The notes: generated from the sequence alone by a model not told the origin. A stretch of DNA of 64,000 nucleotides from an uncultured bacterium (GCA_963740635.1 CAVUEQ010000001.1:593026-657025), one strand, 5' to 3'; numbered from the stretch's first letter, positions 24,190 to 33,038 are shown. Program-made: numbers and translations.

Positions 24190-25347
24190 CTATAATTGTT
24201 GGCTAAATGCGCGTGAGGTGGCCTCAAGCAGCCGGTGATGCCAGCCACGGGCCCGGTGCGCTTCGAGGGTGATGGGCCGCGAATGCCCCAGGTCTTGGAG
24301 GAATTGCCGGTCGAGTTCCTGGGCCAGATGGGGGTCGGCAACAGATATGTTGAGCTCGTCGTTGAGCACCAGTGAGCGGTTGTCGAAGTTGGCCGAGCCG
24401 AGCGTCGCCCAGGCGCCGTCCACCGTCATGACCTTAACGTGCAGCACGGTGCGCTGGTACTCGTGGACGGCGACGCCGCCCCGGATGAGCGTCTCGTAGG
24501 TGGCACGGCCGGCGTAGCGGGTGAGTTTATGGTTGGTGAGGCGGCCGTTGGTGAGCACGCGCACGTCCACGCCCCGGGCGGCGGCGGCGGTGAGGGCGGC
24601 GACGTACTTGGGCCCGGGCACAAAGTAGGCCGTGGTGATCCACAGGCGCTCCCGGGCCGTCGCTATGGCCGTGGTGAACAGCCCCTCCATCGGCGTCGGG
24701 CGCGGACCGATGGCGCTGGGGGTGGTGAGCACCTCGAGGTAGCCCGCCGGCGCCACCACATCGCCGGGCAGAACCGGCAGGTGTTCGCCGGTGGCCTCTG
24801 CCCAATTCTCGGCGAAGGCGGCGGCCAGATCGAGGCACACCGGCCCCTCGAGGCGGCAATGGGTTTCGCGCCAATTCTTGGGGCCACCGGCCGAGCCGTT
24901 CCACTCATCGGCGATGCCGACCCCGCCGGTGAAGCCGATGCGGCCGTCCACCAGCAGGATTTTGCGGTGGGTGCGGTAATTGATGCGCCGCAGGTGGCCG
25001 AAGCGCATCGGCCGGAACCATCCCACCTGCACGCCCGCGGCTTCGAGAGCACCGACTGTGCGCGTGCTCATGATGGCGCCCCCGACCGCATCGATCAGCA
25101 GGCGGACCTGCACCCCGGCGCGGGCCCGCTCACACAGCGCGTCGGCAAACTCGGTGGCAATGCGGCTGCGCCAGTACACATAGGTCACGAATTCGATGCT
25201 GGATTTGGCCTCGCGGATAGCACTGAGCATGGCCGGGAAGATTTCGTCGCCGTTTTGCAATACGGTCAAACTGTTGCCGGGGCGGGATTTGGCGCCGGCG
25301 GCGGTTTCGAATGCTTGTTGATAGTTGGTCATTTTTCTTATAAGCAA
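24190..25347 (-). CDS. Phospholipase D family protein (cardiolipin-synthase-like) lacking N-terminal TM helices
   Basis: 385 aa with two HKD motifs (HRKILLVDG and HVKVMTVDG). Confidence 0.85.
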   Translation of the reverse strand: MLIRKMTNYQQAFETAAGAKSRPGNSLTVLQNGDEIFPAMLSAIREAKSSIEFVTYVYWRSRIATEFADALCERARAGVQVRLLIDAVGGAIMSTRTVGALEAAGVQVGWFRPMRFGHLRRINYRTHRKILLVDGRIGFTGGVGIADEWNGSAGGPKNWRETHCRLEGPVCLDLAAAFAENWAEATGEHLPVLPGDVVAPAGYLEVLTTPSAIGPRPTPMEGLFTTAIATARERLWITTAYFVPGPKYVAALTAAAARGVDVRVLTNGRLTNHKLTRYAGRATYETLIRGGVAVHEYQRTVLHVKVMTVDGAWATLGSANFDNRSLVLNDELNISVADPHLAQELDRQFLQDLGHSRPITLEAHRARGWHHRLLEATSRAFSQQL

Positions 25348-25397
25348 TGAGAGCTAACTCATATTCTACTTTAATTATGGAACGATACATACACGTG

Positions 25398-25496
25398 GGT
25401 GTTCCAGTATATGGAATTTTCCGATGTTCTTAGCCTCAAATTTTGGACCGAATTCCATATACTGGAACACCTTTTGAATGCGCGTGAAAAAAATAG
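25398..25496. repeat. AT-rich hairpin element, copy A (21-bp perfect stem, 32-nt loop, conserved 3' tail)
   Basis: GGTGTTCCAGTATATGGAATT (25398..25418) pairs perfectly with AATTCCATATACTGGAACACC (25451..25471). The tail is TTGAATGCGCGT..AAAAAATAG. A near-identical element sits at 60250..60351. Confidence 0.85.
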
Positions 25497-25519
25497 GTTA
25501 TGGGCAGACCCGGAAGATA

Positions 25520-26860
25520 TTAATGTGGGCATGTCGACGGGACGGTCTCTCCGTTTACGAGCGATTTCATCCAGGCGGTGGTATCGCCGAAGCTGCGCAG
25601 CATGGTGTCGTAATGGGTGGCGCCGTGGTACACGTAATACCCCACCGGGCCGGTGCTGGAGGCGCAGAGCAGCGGGAAGGCGGCGGCTTGCTGGGCCGGC
25701 AGCACGACGTTGTCGAGGTCGCCGCCGTTGATGCGCTTGGCCGAGGCCGTGGGGTCTGTGCCGACGGCGTTGGCGTCTAGGCGGGCATTGAGCTGCGGGA
25801 AGGCGGCGCTGAGGTCGCCGGTGAGGGCGGCAGCGATGAATTCGGGGGTGTAGGTGGCGGACGGATTGTGCCCCCAGTAGCTCAGGTCGGTATCGATGCA
25901 GTGCGCCAAGACCTTGGCCTTGAGGTTGTCGAGGTGGACGGGCAGGATTACGCCCGGGTACTGCTCACCGTAATAATCTTCGTAGCTCACCAGTACGTTG
26001 GGCCCAAACCAGACAATATTGGCGCCGCGCGTGATGTCGGTGAGGGTCTGCTTGACGCTCATCACCGGCCCAAAGCCGACCACGCCCAGGATTTTTATGT
26101 CCGGGGCGTACCCGGAGGCAATTTTGTCGGCCCAAAAGGCCGCGTGGCCCCCCTGCGAATAGCCGCCCACGATCACCTTGCCGGCGGTGGGATTCACGCG
26201 GCCGCGGGCCTGGGGCAGGCGGCGCAGGGCGCGTACGCTGTCGAGCAGCGCGCGGCCCTCCAGCTCGCCGGCCATGTAGTGGTGGAGCCGGTTCGGGTCG
26301 CGCATGCCTTCGTAGTCGGTGGTGACGGCGGCGTAGCCTTGGACGGCATAGGCGGCCAGGTGCGCGTCGTAGGTGCCCCAATTGGCCTTGGCCGGCTGCT
26401 CCAGGCTGGAGGCGCACTGGTCGCCGATGCCGGTGGTGCCGGGCGCGAAGGCAAACACGGGCAGGCCCGAGTGCTGGTTGTCGGGGAGGTAGGCGCGGCC
26501 GTATTCAGTAATGAGCTGTCCGGACGGCAGCCGCGATTGGTAATGGAAGGTGATTTTGGTGATCGGGGTGGTCTCGCCCGGAACGCCGGCCGGGTAATCG
26601 TGGCGAATGAGGGCTGCGGTTTGGGCGGGCGTGAATTTTTCGACCGCATCCACCCCCAGCACGTCGCCGGCCTTCGGTGTGGGCGAGGGCGCCGGCGCGA
26701 ATAGATCCACGGCTGGAGCCGGGGACGGCGCTGTGCGGGCGGTCCAGTAGATCACGGCCACCTCAAATAACGCCGCCAACAACACCAAAATGAACCTAAA
26801 CCGCACCGTAAAATGCCGCCGGGCCTTGTGATGGCGCTTGCGGGGTGGCGTGGGCTTCAT
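25520..26860 (-). CDS. Membrane-anchored/secreted alpha/beta-hydrolase (lipase/esterase-like)
   Basis: 446 aa. N-terminal TM helix FILVLLAALFEVAVIYW. Nucleophile elbow GYSQGG. Confidence 0.75.
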   Translation of the reverse strand: MKPTPPRKRHHKARRHFTVRFRFILVLLAALFEVAVIYWTARTAPSPAPAVDLFAPAPSPTPKAGDVLGVDAVEKFTPAQTAALIRHDYPAGVPGETTPITKITFHYQSRLPSGQLITEYGRAYLPDNQHSGLPVFAFAPGTTGIGDQCASSLEQPAKANWGTYDAHLAAYAVQGYAAVTTDYEGMRDPNRLHHYMAGELEGRALLDSVRALRRLPQARGRVNPTAGKVIVGGYSQGGHAAFWADKIASGYAPDIKILGVVGFGPVMSVKQTLTDITRGANIVWFGPNVLVSYEDYYGEQYPGVILPVHLDNLKAKVLAHCIDTDLSYWGHNPSATYTPEFIAAALTGDLSAAFPQLNARLDANAVGTDPTASAKRINGGDLDNVVLPAQQAAAFPLLCASSTGPVGYYVYHGATHYDTMLRSFGDTTAWMKSLVNGETVPSTCPH

Positions 26861-27342
26861 TTGGCGCTCACTTTTGGCAGTTTGAAGGTCATTATGTCCA
26901 TTTGGACCCCGTTAACAATGGTTGTTTCGACATACTGAAACCCTTGGCGCTCATAGTACGACCGGTGGTCGTAGGTGGCAATCGACACCTCGCCCGCCCC
27001 TTTGCCGGCCAAAACTTTGAGCATGCGAGAGAGCAGGCTGAGGCCGGTATTGGAGCCGCGGAATTCCGGGTCGACGTACAGCCAAAACAGTTGGGCCGGG
27101 CCGTTCGTCGGCGCCGCACCAATGGCGTAGCCGATGAGCTTGCCATCGGCTTTGGCCGTGAGGATCACGCGGCGCGGATCGAGCGTGGCCTTGAGCAGCT
27201 GCGGCAATGAATGGTCGCGCACCACCCGCCGCTGGACGGCCACCGGAAAATAGTCGAAGTGCCGGTCGACGGCTTGCACGAACAACTGGCGCAGGGCCCT
27301 CAGCGATGTCACTGAGGCCGGGGCGATCACAATGCGGCTCAT
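26857..27342 (-). CDS. GNAT family N-acetyltransferase
   Basis: 161 aa. Acetyl-CoA-binding-like segment LYVDPEFRGSNTGLSLLSRML. 4-nt overlap with the downstream gene. Confidence 0.85.
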   Translation of the reverse strand: MSRIVIAPASVTSLRALRQLFVQAVDRHFDYFPVAVQRRVVRDHSLPQLLKATLDPRRVILTAKADGKLIGYAIGAAPTNGPAQLFWLYVDPEFRGSNTGLSLLSRMLKVLAGKGAGEVSIATYDHRSYYERQGFQYVETTIVNGVQMDIMTFKLPKVSAK

Positions 27343-27378
27343 AATTCTCCTGACATCAGTTTAGCAAACAAACCGCTA

Positions 27379-27843
27379 GTGTATTATCAATCTATGCAAG
27401 GCAATGTTAAGCCCAAACAACCTGTCACGGTCCTACGTTTGGCGATGAAGGCGGTGATTGTGGATGGGACCGGCCGGGTCTTAATCCTGCGTGAGGCTAC
27501 AACATACACAGATGGCACCAATACCGGCCGTTACCATTTGCCTGGCGGGCGGGTCAATATGGGCGAGCCGTTCATGGAGGCCCTAATGCGAGAAGTCAAG
27601 GAAGAGACTGGGCTTGATATCGAGATCGGGCGGCCCGTTTATGTCGGCGAGTGGTGGCCAAACATTAAAGGTACTCAAAACCAGATTGTTGGCGTGTTTT
27701 TTGTCTGTACCGCGCCAGAAAACAGCGTCCGGCTAAGCGAAGAACACGACGATTTCCGCTGGATCAGGCCAGATGAGACCGGCGAATTCGACATTATGGC
27801 GCCAGAGCCTGAGGCCATTGCGGCAGCGGCAGCCAAGGCCTAG
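27379..27843 (+). CDS. NUDIX hydrolase
   Basis: 154 aa. Nudix box GGRVNMGEPFMEALMREVKEETGL. The start could lie further in (27403 or later). Confidence 0.88.
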   Translation: MYYQSMQGNVKPKQPVTVLRLAMKAVIVDGTGRVLILREATTYTDGTNTGRYHLPGGRVNMGEPFMEALMREVKEETGLDIEIGRPVYVGEWWPNIKGTQNQIVGVFFVCTAPENSVRLSEEHDDFRWIRPDETGEFDIMAPEPEAIAAAAAKA

Positions 27844-28463
27844 TCCGGTTTTCTGGCCACCACGCGGAACCAATGAACTGGCCGGTGGGTGGACGTACCT
27901 TCGATGATGGCGTCGATGCTGAAACCCGCCTCCTCAATTGCCGCACGTAAAGCCGGCTTTTGCCAGTAAGTATAGTGGCGCGGTGGACTGAATTTCTCTT
28001 CGGTCCACTCCTCTCCATCTCCTTGCTTCAGGCTAACAGCTAAAATCCCGCCGGGTTTGAGGCTAGCCAAAGCTTTTGCTAGGACCTCACTGACTTGGCT
28101 CGAATTGAAATGGATCAGTACCGCATTGGCAAATAACATGTCGTAGGGTCCGCCAAAGTCGTCTGTCAGCGCATTGAGACGGCGGGCATTGGGATGCCCA
28201 TGCGACCGAAGATAGTCAACGAATTTGGGTGGCGCATCAGTGAGATCGACTTTGAAACCGAGGCTAGTGAAGTAATCCGCATCGCGGCCGAAACCGCTCC
28301 CCAATTCCAAAATATGGCCACCGGCCGGCAACAATGCCAGCGCATGGTCGATCCAGTCTTTGACGGCGCCGCTGACAACTTGCGGGGTGCCGGCGATGTA
28401 TTCGGCGACGTGGTCGTTGTAGGACTGGATGGTACGGTCGTTGTCGTTGGCCGGCGTGGTCAT
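27840..28463 (-). CDS. Class I SAM-dependent methyltransferase
   Basis: 207 aa. Motif I ILELGSGFGRD. Confidence 0.85.
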   Translation of the reverse strand: MTTPANDNDRTIQSYNDHVAEYIAGTPQVVSGAVKDWIDHALALLPAGGHILELGSGFGRDADYFTSLGFKVDLTDAPPKFVDYLRSHGHPNARRLNALTDDFGGPYDMLFANAVLIHFNSSQVSEVLAKALASLKPGGILAVSLKQGDGEEWTEEKFSPPRHYTYWQKPALRAAIEEAGFSIDAIIEGTSTHRPVHWFRVVARKPD

Positions 28464-28951
28464 GCCTGCTTCTGTTTGCGACGGCGTTTGTGGGCGGATT
28501 CAACGTGGCGGTCGGCCTCGCGTTTGGCGAGCTGTTTCACATCGTCCATCTCGGCGGTGAGGTCTTTGATATCCACCCCGTCGCGCTCGGCGATGCGAAC
28601 CAGGGTGCGCATGATGATGGCGATTTCGCGCTCGGCCTGGATGTCGGTTTCATAGTCGAGCTGCGAGCGGATATCGGATTTTTCGCTGGACCGGTTTTGG
28701 CTGATCATCACGAAGGTCGACAGGAAGATGGCCTCGAGTGACACCACCATAGTGAGCAAGCCAAACGGGAACTTGTCAAATTCGTAGCCGGCGCCGAACA
28801 TGCCCAGGCCGGCCGCGATCCAGAAACCGAACCAAGCGATATGGAAATAGACGAATTTGATATTGCCGGCAAAAGAGGTGATGGTATCGGAGATTTTGTC
28901 TTCGTAATCCCGAAGCTCTTTGATGTATTGAATCGGGTCGATGAGGGCCAC
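28460..28951 (-). CDS. DUF1003-family membrane protein
   Basis: 163 aa. FDKFPFGLLTMVVSLEAIFLSTFVMISQNR...DYETDIQAEREI matches the DUF1003 pattern. Confidence 0.8.
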   Translation of the reverse strand: MALIDPIQYIKELRDYEDKISDTITSFAGNIKFVYFHIAWFGFWIAAGLGMFGAGYEFDKFPFGLLTMVVSLEAIFLSTFVMISQNRSSEKSDIRSQLDYETDIQAEREIAIIMRTLVRIAERDGVDIKDLTAEMDDVKQLAKREADRHVESAHKRRRKQKQA

Positions 28952-28965
28952 TTAATATTCTCCTT

Positions 28966-29526
28966 TTAACGAATTACGACCAGCACGGCCAGACCGAGTA
29001 CGATCAGCGCGATGAACACGGCGGCGGCCATCTGGGCGAGGTTGTTTTCGCGAACCTCAACATCATAAAGGCTGCGCGCGGCCAGGACGTAGCCGGGATG
29101 CGCGTCGCCGGTGTATTGCAGGACAGCGGCATACCGGCCGCCTGTGCTGGGTTCCCAGGTGAACATGTTGCGGCCCTGCTTGGCAGCGTCAAAACTTCCG
29201 GATGGCGGGGCGATGGTGACGGATTTGCCGCTGATAACGGCGTTGGTCGCTTCGATCTGACGGTTTGCGCCATAGACGATCAGGAACGGGGACTGACTGT
29301 AGCTGAGGTCGACCGTTTTGCCACTCACGACTGAGCTGGGGGGCTGGTTGTCCTTGGCAATGGCGCCCCAGGCGTCGTTGGCAATTTGGGTTTGAGGGTC
29401 GTTGGCCGACTGGCGGTAATTTTGCTGGACGGCGATGTAGACGAGCAGGGGCAGGGCGGCGGCCAGGCCAAAATAGAGCAGGGTGAGACGGCCGAGCGGG
29501 GAACTGTCGAAACGAGGCAACTTCAT
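28966..29526 (-). CDS. Membrane protein with N- and C-terminal TM helices, unknown function
   Basis: ORF track 28966..29571. ATG 29526 (MKLPRFDSS...) is preferred as the start. Confidence 0.6.
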   Translation of the reverse strand: MKLPRFDSSPLGRLTLLYFGLAAALPLLVYIAVQQNYRQSANDPQTQIANDAWGAIAKDNQPPSSVVSGKTVDLSYSQSPFLIVYGANRQIEATNAVISGKSVTIAPPSGSFDAAKQGRNMFTWEPSTGGRYAAVLQYTGDAHPGYVLAARSLYDVEVRENNLAQMAAAVFIALIVLGLAVLVVIR

Positions 29527-29787
29527 GGCGGTTCTCGCGATTATGAGCGCATTATACTCTATTTTTGGCAAGCGGCTTTTGTTGGGTATTGCTTGTAATC
29601 ACAAGTCTCTCTCCGCCCCGTAACTTTTCGAATATTCATAATCGCAGATGTATAGCGAAACTATATAGTAATCTAATTATGGCTTCGCAGAGCGATTTGT
29701 TTTGGCTTAGGAAAGCCTTTCTGCAGATTAGTATGTAGTTTGGCTACGCATTTGGTCTGGAGAAAATGCCGGGCCAAAGAATGGATG

Positions 29788-31374
29788 CTATCCCCACTCA
29801 ACCGTAGCCGGGGGTTTGTCCGAAATGCGGTAGGTAACTGCGGCCAGCTCCGGGATTTCGTTGGTGAGGCGGCGGGAGACGTGGCGCAGGAATTCATAGG
29901 GCAGCTCGGCCCATTCGGTGGTGAAGACGTTGACGCTCCAGATTGCCCAGAGGGCGAGCACCAGGCCGGTACCGGCGTCGTCGCCCTTGGAGTAAGTGTG
30001 CTGCGAATGGGTGACGACCGCGCCCGCCTGCCAGACGGTTTCGTAGAGTTTGGCCCGGCGCATTTCTTCCATGTAGATGCCGTCGGCGGCGCGGGCGATG
30101 CGCAGGCGCTCGGCGGTCACTTCGCCTTCGATGCGCACCACCAGGCCCGGGCCCGGGAACGGGTGGCGAATCAGTAGCAGCTCGGTGAGGCCGAGGCTGC
30201 GGCCGATGGCGCGCGCAGTGTCTTTGACGCAGTCGTCGAGGGGTGTGAGCTCCTGGTAGTCGAAACCGAGGTTGGCGTTGTGGTGGAGCTTGATTTGGGC
30301 CTTGCGCGCGCCCGATTGGTGGCCGCCGCCGGATTCCACGATGTCTGTGTACAGCGTGCCCTGCGAGATATACTCGGCGCCGAATTTGGCGGCCTCGGCC
30401 TCGAGCACGGCTTTGTAGACGCCGCGCATGGCTACACGTTTGTCGTGCATTTTGGTATGGCCGGCTAGCGCTTTCAGAAAATCGTCGGTGGCGTCGTGGA
30501 CGTGGAGGTCGAGGTGGCCGAAATATTGCTTCACGAAGGCCTCGTCGTCGGGGCGGTCGATGCCGCGGATGTACACAGCCCGCACTTGCTCGGGCTTCAG
30601 CGCTTTGTCCAGGATGGCGGCTACCACCGACGAGTCGCTGCCGCCGGACAGGGCAAGCAGCACGCGCTTATCCCCCACCTCTTTCTGCACTTCGGCCACC
30701 TTGCGGGCGGCCGCGTCCTCGGCCGGGAAGCGGTCCTTGGCGCCGGCGATGGTAAAGACGAAGTTTTCGTAAATCCGCATGCCGTGCTCGGTGGCGGTGA
30801 CTTCCGGGTGGAATTGCACGCCCCAGAGGTGGTTCAAGTGGCCGGCGGCGAGCGGCCCGTTGTCACTATTGGCCAATACCTCCATGCCGCCGCCGGGTTC
30901 AATGTGGTCGCCGTGGCTTTGCAGAACTTTGGAGCCGTCCGGTATGCCGTCCAGAATGGGTGAGCCGGGACTGGTGATCTGCAGCTTGTGCTGGCCAAAC
31001 TCGCGGTGGGTAGCCGCCCCAATCTTGGCCCCATGGTGTGACGCCCACATCTGGAAGCCGAGGCACACCCCTAGCACCGGGATGCCCAGCTCGTAGATGT
31101 CCGCGTCAAATGGAGGGTTGTCCGAAGCCGACGACGGGCCGCCCGACACCACGATGCCTGTGGGCGCTATGCGCTTCACGTCGGCGGCCGTCACGTGCGC
31201 CGGGTCCGCCACCAGGCAGTACACACCCAGCCGGTCGAGCGCGATCTTGATTAGGTGGTCAAATTGGCTGCCCATCGCGAAAAGCAGAAACACTTCGTGG
31301 GTCTGGCGCAACTTTTTCTCGGCGGCAATTTCTTCAAGCACTTCGGGGGTAACCTTAGCGAGGGTGTTGATCAC
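29788..31374 (-). CDS. guaA: GMP synthase (glutamine-hydrolysing)
   Basis: 528 aa. GATase motif GVCLGFQ, PP-loop SGGSDSS, and C-terminus ...KPPATVEWG. Confidence 0.95.
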   Translation of the reverse strand: MINTLAKVTPEVLEEIAAEKKLRQTHEVFLLFAMGSQFDHLIKIALDRLGVYCLVADPAHVTAADVKRIAPTGIVVSGGPSSASDNPPFDADIYELGIPVLGVCLGFQMWASHHGAKIGAATHREFGQHKLQITSPGSPILDGIPDGSKVLQSHGDHIEPGGGMEVLANSDNGPLAAGHLNHLWGVQFHPEVTATEHGMRIYENFVFTIAGAKDRFPAEDAAARKVAEVQKEVGDKRVLLALSGGSDSSVVAAILDKALKPEQVRAVYIRGIDRPDDEAFVKQYFGHLDLHVHDATDDFLKALAGHTKMHDKRVAMRGVYKAVLEAEAAKFGAEYISQGTLYTDIVESGGGHQSGARKAQIKLHHNANLGFDYQELTPLDDCVKDTARAIGRSLGLTELLLIRHPFPGPGLVVRIEGEVTAERLRIARAADGIYMEEMRRAKLYETVWQAGAVVTHSQHTYSKGDDAGTGLVLALWAIWSVNVFTTEWAELPYEFLRHVSRRLTNEIPELAAVTYRISDKPPATVEWG

Positions 31375-31925
31375 GGCGCGTCCTTCTTTAAGCGGCTGGC
31401 AAACTTACTGCGTAGTTTAGCTAACTTCGGGTCAATAATCACGTTGCAGTAATCGGGGCGCCGGCCGGAATTGTAAAAATCCTGGTGCTCAGGCTCGGCT
31501 TCGTAGAATTTCTCGAGCGGTTTCACTTCGGTCACGATCGGCTTGTCGAACAGTTTTTGGGCTTCGGGAAGGGATTTTTCGACAATTTTCCGTTGTTCGT
31601 CCCCAGTATACAGAATAATGGAGCGGTACTCGGGACCGGTGTCGTACATTTGGCGGTCCTTGCTGGTGGGATCGTGGGTGATCCAGAAAATTTCGAGCAA
31701 GTCGGCGAGGCTGATAACTTTCGGGTCAAATGTCACCTGCACGACCTCGGCGTGGCCGGATTTTTTGGACGCCACTTGCCAGTAATCGGGATCTTCGGTG
31801 TCGCCGCCGGCGTAACCCGAGACCACCCGCGTTACGCCCTCCACCCGGCGGTAGACGGCATCTATGCACCAGAAGCACCCGCCACCCAGCACAATGGATT
31901 CGGTGGGGGTTGGTGCGTTGGTCAT
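31371..31925 (-). CDS. msrA: Peptide-methionine (S)-S-oxide reductase
   Basis: 184 aa. GGGCFWC motif. 4-nt overlap with guaA. Confidence 0.93.
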   Translation of the reverse strand: MTNAPTPTESIVLGGGCFWCIDAVYRRVEGVTRVVSGYAGGDTEDPDYWQVASKKSGHAEVVQVTFDPKVISLADLLEIFWITHDPTSKDRQMYDTGPEYRSIILYTGDEQRKIVEKSLPEAQKLFDKPIVTEVKPLEKFYEAEPEHQDFYNSGRRPDYCNVIIDPKLAKLRSKFASRLKKDAP

Positions 31926-31933
31926 ATCTATAG

Positions 31934-31962
31934 TTTACAAACCCCGGCAAGGCTTGTACACT
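31934..31962 (+). promoter_or_regulatory. Candidate sigma70-like promoter for the leader and the DUF62-like gene
   Basis: TTTACA (31934..31939), 17 nt, TACACT (31957..31962). Confidence 0.35.
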
Positions 31963-32005
31963 TTGGAACGTGATTACGTTAGTACACAACCCAGCCACCA
32001 CGGCC

Positions 32006-32062
32006 ATGATGATGGTCATGATGATGCTCCGCACCCGCGGAGGCTTGGGCGCGCGCAGGTAA
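32006..32062 (+). CDS. Candidate 18-aa regulatory leader peptide MMMVMMMLRTRGGLGARR
   Basis: Reads ATG ATG ATG GTC ATG ATG ATG CTC CGC ACC CGC GGA GGC TTG GGC GCG CGC AGG TAA. Six AUG among the first seven codons. No clear SD. The ORF overlaps attenuator segments 1 and 2. Confidence 0.4.
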   Translation: MMMVMMMLRTRGGLGARR

Positions 32063-32087
32063 CTCACGTACATTGCACCAAAGCCGG

Positions 32088-32112
32088 GCCTCCGCACATC
32101 GCGGAGGCTTTT
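32088..32112 (+). terminator. Attenuator terminator hairpin immediately upstream of the DUF62-like gene's RBS
   Basis: GCCTCCGC (32088..32095), loop ACATC, GCGGAGGC (32101..32108), TTTT (32109..32112). The 3' arm plus TT (GCGGAGGCTT) is duplicated at 32037..32046, giving an alternative antiterminator pairing. Confidence 0.6.
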
Positions 32113-32135
32113 CGTTGCTGCCAAGGGAGGCACGC

Positions 32136-33038
32136 ATGACAGTCACGACCGACCTGCCGACGCACGTCGCCTACGTTACGGATTGCATCGACCCGACCGG
32201 CGGGCTCGAGGCGAACAACGCCGTGACCCGGATAGCCACGGCGGTGGCCCGGGAACTCGGTGCGAGCACTAGCTTCGTGCCGGTGCGCTACCAGGGCGAC
32301 TGTTTCGATGCGGCGTTGACGACGGTGGATATCGCCGAGCAGGAGCGCCAGAGCAGCCTGCAGCCGCCTGCGGGGTCGACGATCCTGCTGGGCAACCCGG
32401 CGCCGCGGGCGCTGACGTTCGGACAGGAGAGCAACGGCATCCGGTTCTGCTGGTGCTACATCGGCGACCTGTTCGCGCTCATCCCGTTCGCCCCGCGCTG
32501 GCTGTCGCTCGCCCACCGGCTGGGCCTGATCAACCAGGTGTTCCTGCTCGACGTCGAAGCAGTGGCCAGTTGGGGGGTCAAGCACGGCCGTGTAACGCCC
32601 GACCAGGCCGATGCTATGAACAGCGGCTTCCGCGGTCTCACCTTCGTGCCGCGGGCGGCCCGGTGGATCCTTCAAGACCGCACTCAGGTACCGCACCAGG
32701 TGATCGATCTGGGCGAGCCGGGGCGGCCCGAAGGTGTGACCGCTCGCATCGATAACTTCGGCAACGTCTACACGGACCTGTTGCCCGAAGACGTCGATTT
32801 TTGGCAAGGCCGGGACCTAGAGTTGGTGGACGGGAGGTACGCACGGTGCTACGAAACACTGGCCGAGCTACCTCCGGACGGCAGCGTAGGCGTGGCCGTC
32901 TCCAGCTCCGGCTACGGAGACAACAAGGTGCTCAAGCTGGCTATCCAGGGTGGCTCGGCCGCTGAGGCGCTCGGGATTACTCAGCCCGGTCAGCCGGTCT
33001 TCGCTCCGTCAGCGCTCCTGGCCGGCGCCACGGCCTGA
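32136..33038 (+). CDS. Divergent DUF62 / SAM hydroxide adenosyltransferase (chlorinase/fluorinase-fold, SAM hydrolase)-like protein
   Basis: ORF track 32073..33038, trimmed to ATG 32136 (GGGAGG 6 nt upstream). The C-terminal half follows the family pattern: RIDNFGNVYTDL, SSSGYGDNKVLKLAIQGGSAAEALGI, and FRGLTFVPRAA where the family has FHGRDIFAPAA. The N-terminal VTDCIDP diverges from the family's TDFG. Confidence 0.55.
   Translation: MTVTTDLPTHVAYVTDCIDPTGGLEANNAVTRIATAVARELGASTSFVPVRYQGDCFDAALTTVDIAEQERQSSLQPPAGSTILLGNPAPRALTFGQESNGIRFCWCYIGDLFALIPFAPRWLSLAHRLGLINQVFLLDVEAVASWGVKHGRVTPDQADAMNSGFRGLTFVPRAARWILQDRTQVPHQVIDLGEPGRPEGVTARIDNFGNVYTDLLPEDVDFWQGRDLELVDGRYARCYETLAELPPDGSVGVAVSSSGYGDNKVLKLAIQGGSAAEALGITQPGQPVFAPSALLAGATA

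Noticed and set aside
25399-25731. ORFs 25399..25731 (+) and 60135..60323 (-), which share the N-terminus MFQYMEF...FHILEH.
   Set aside because: The shared peptide is produced by translating the arms of the two-copy inverted-repeat element. The remainder overlaps real genes in antisense or is non-conserved. It is treated as a nucleotide repeat, not a protein family.
32064-32807. 247-aa minus-strand ORF, plus the 135-aa ORF 31726..32133 reading through the ATGATGATG repeat as ...IIMTIIM...
   Set aside because: They are antisense to the DUF62-like gene or overlap msrA. They are Arg/Pro-rich and lack translation signals.
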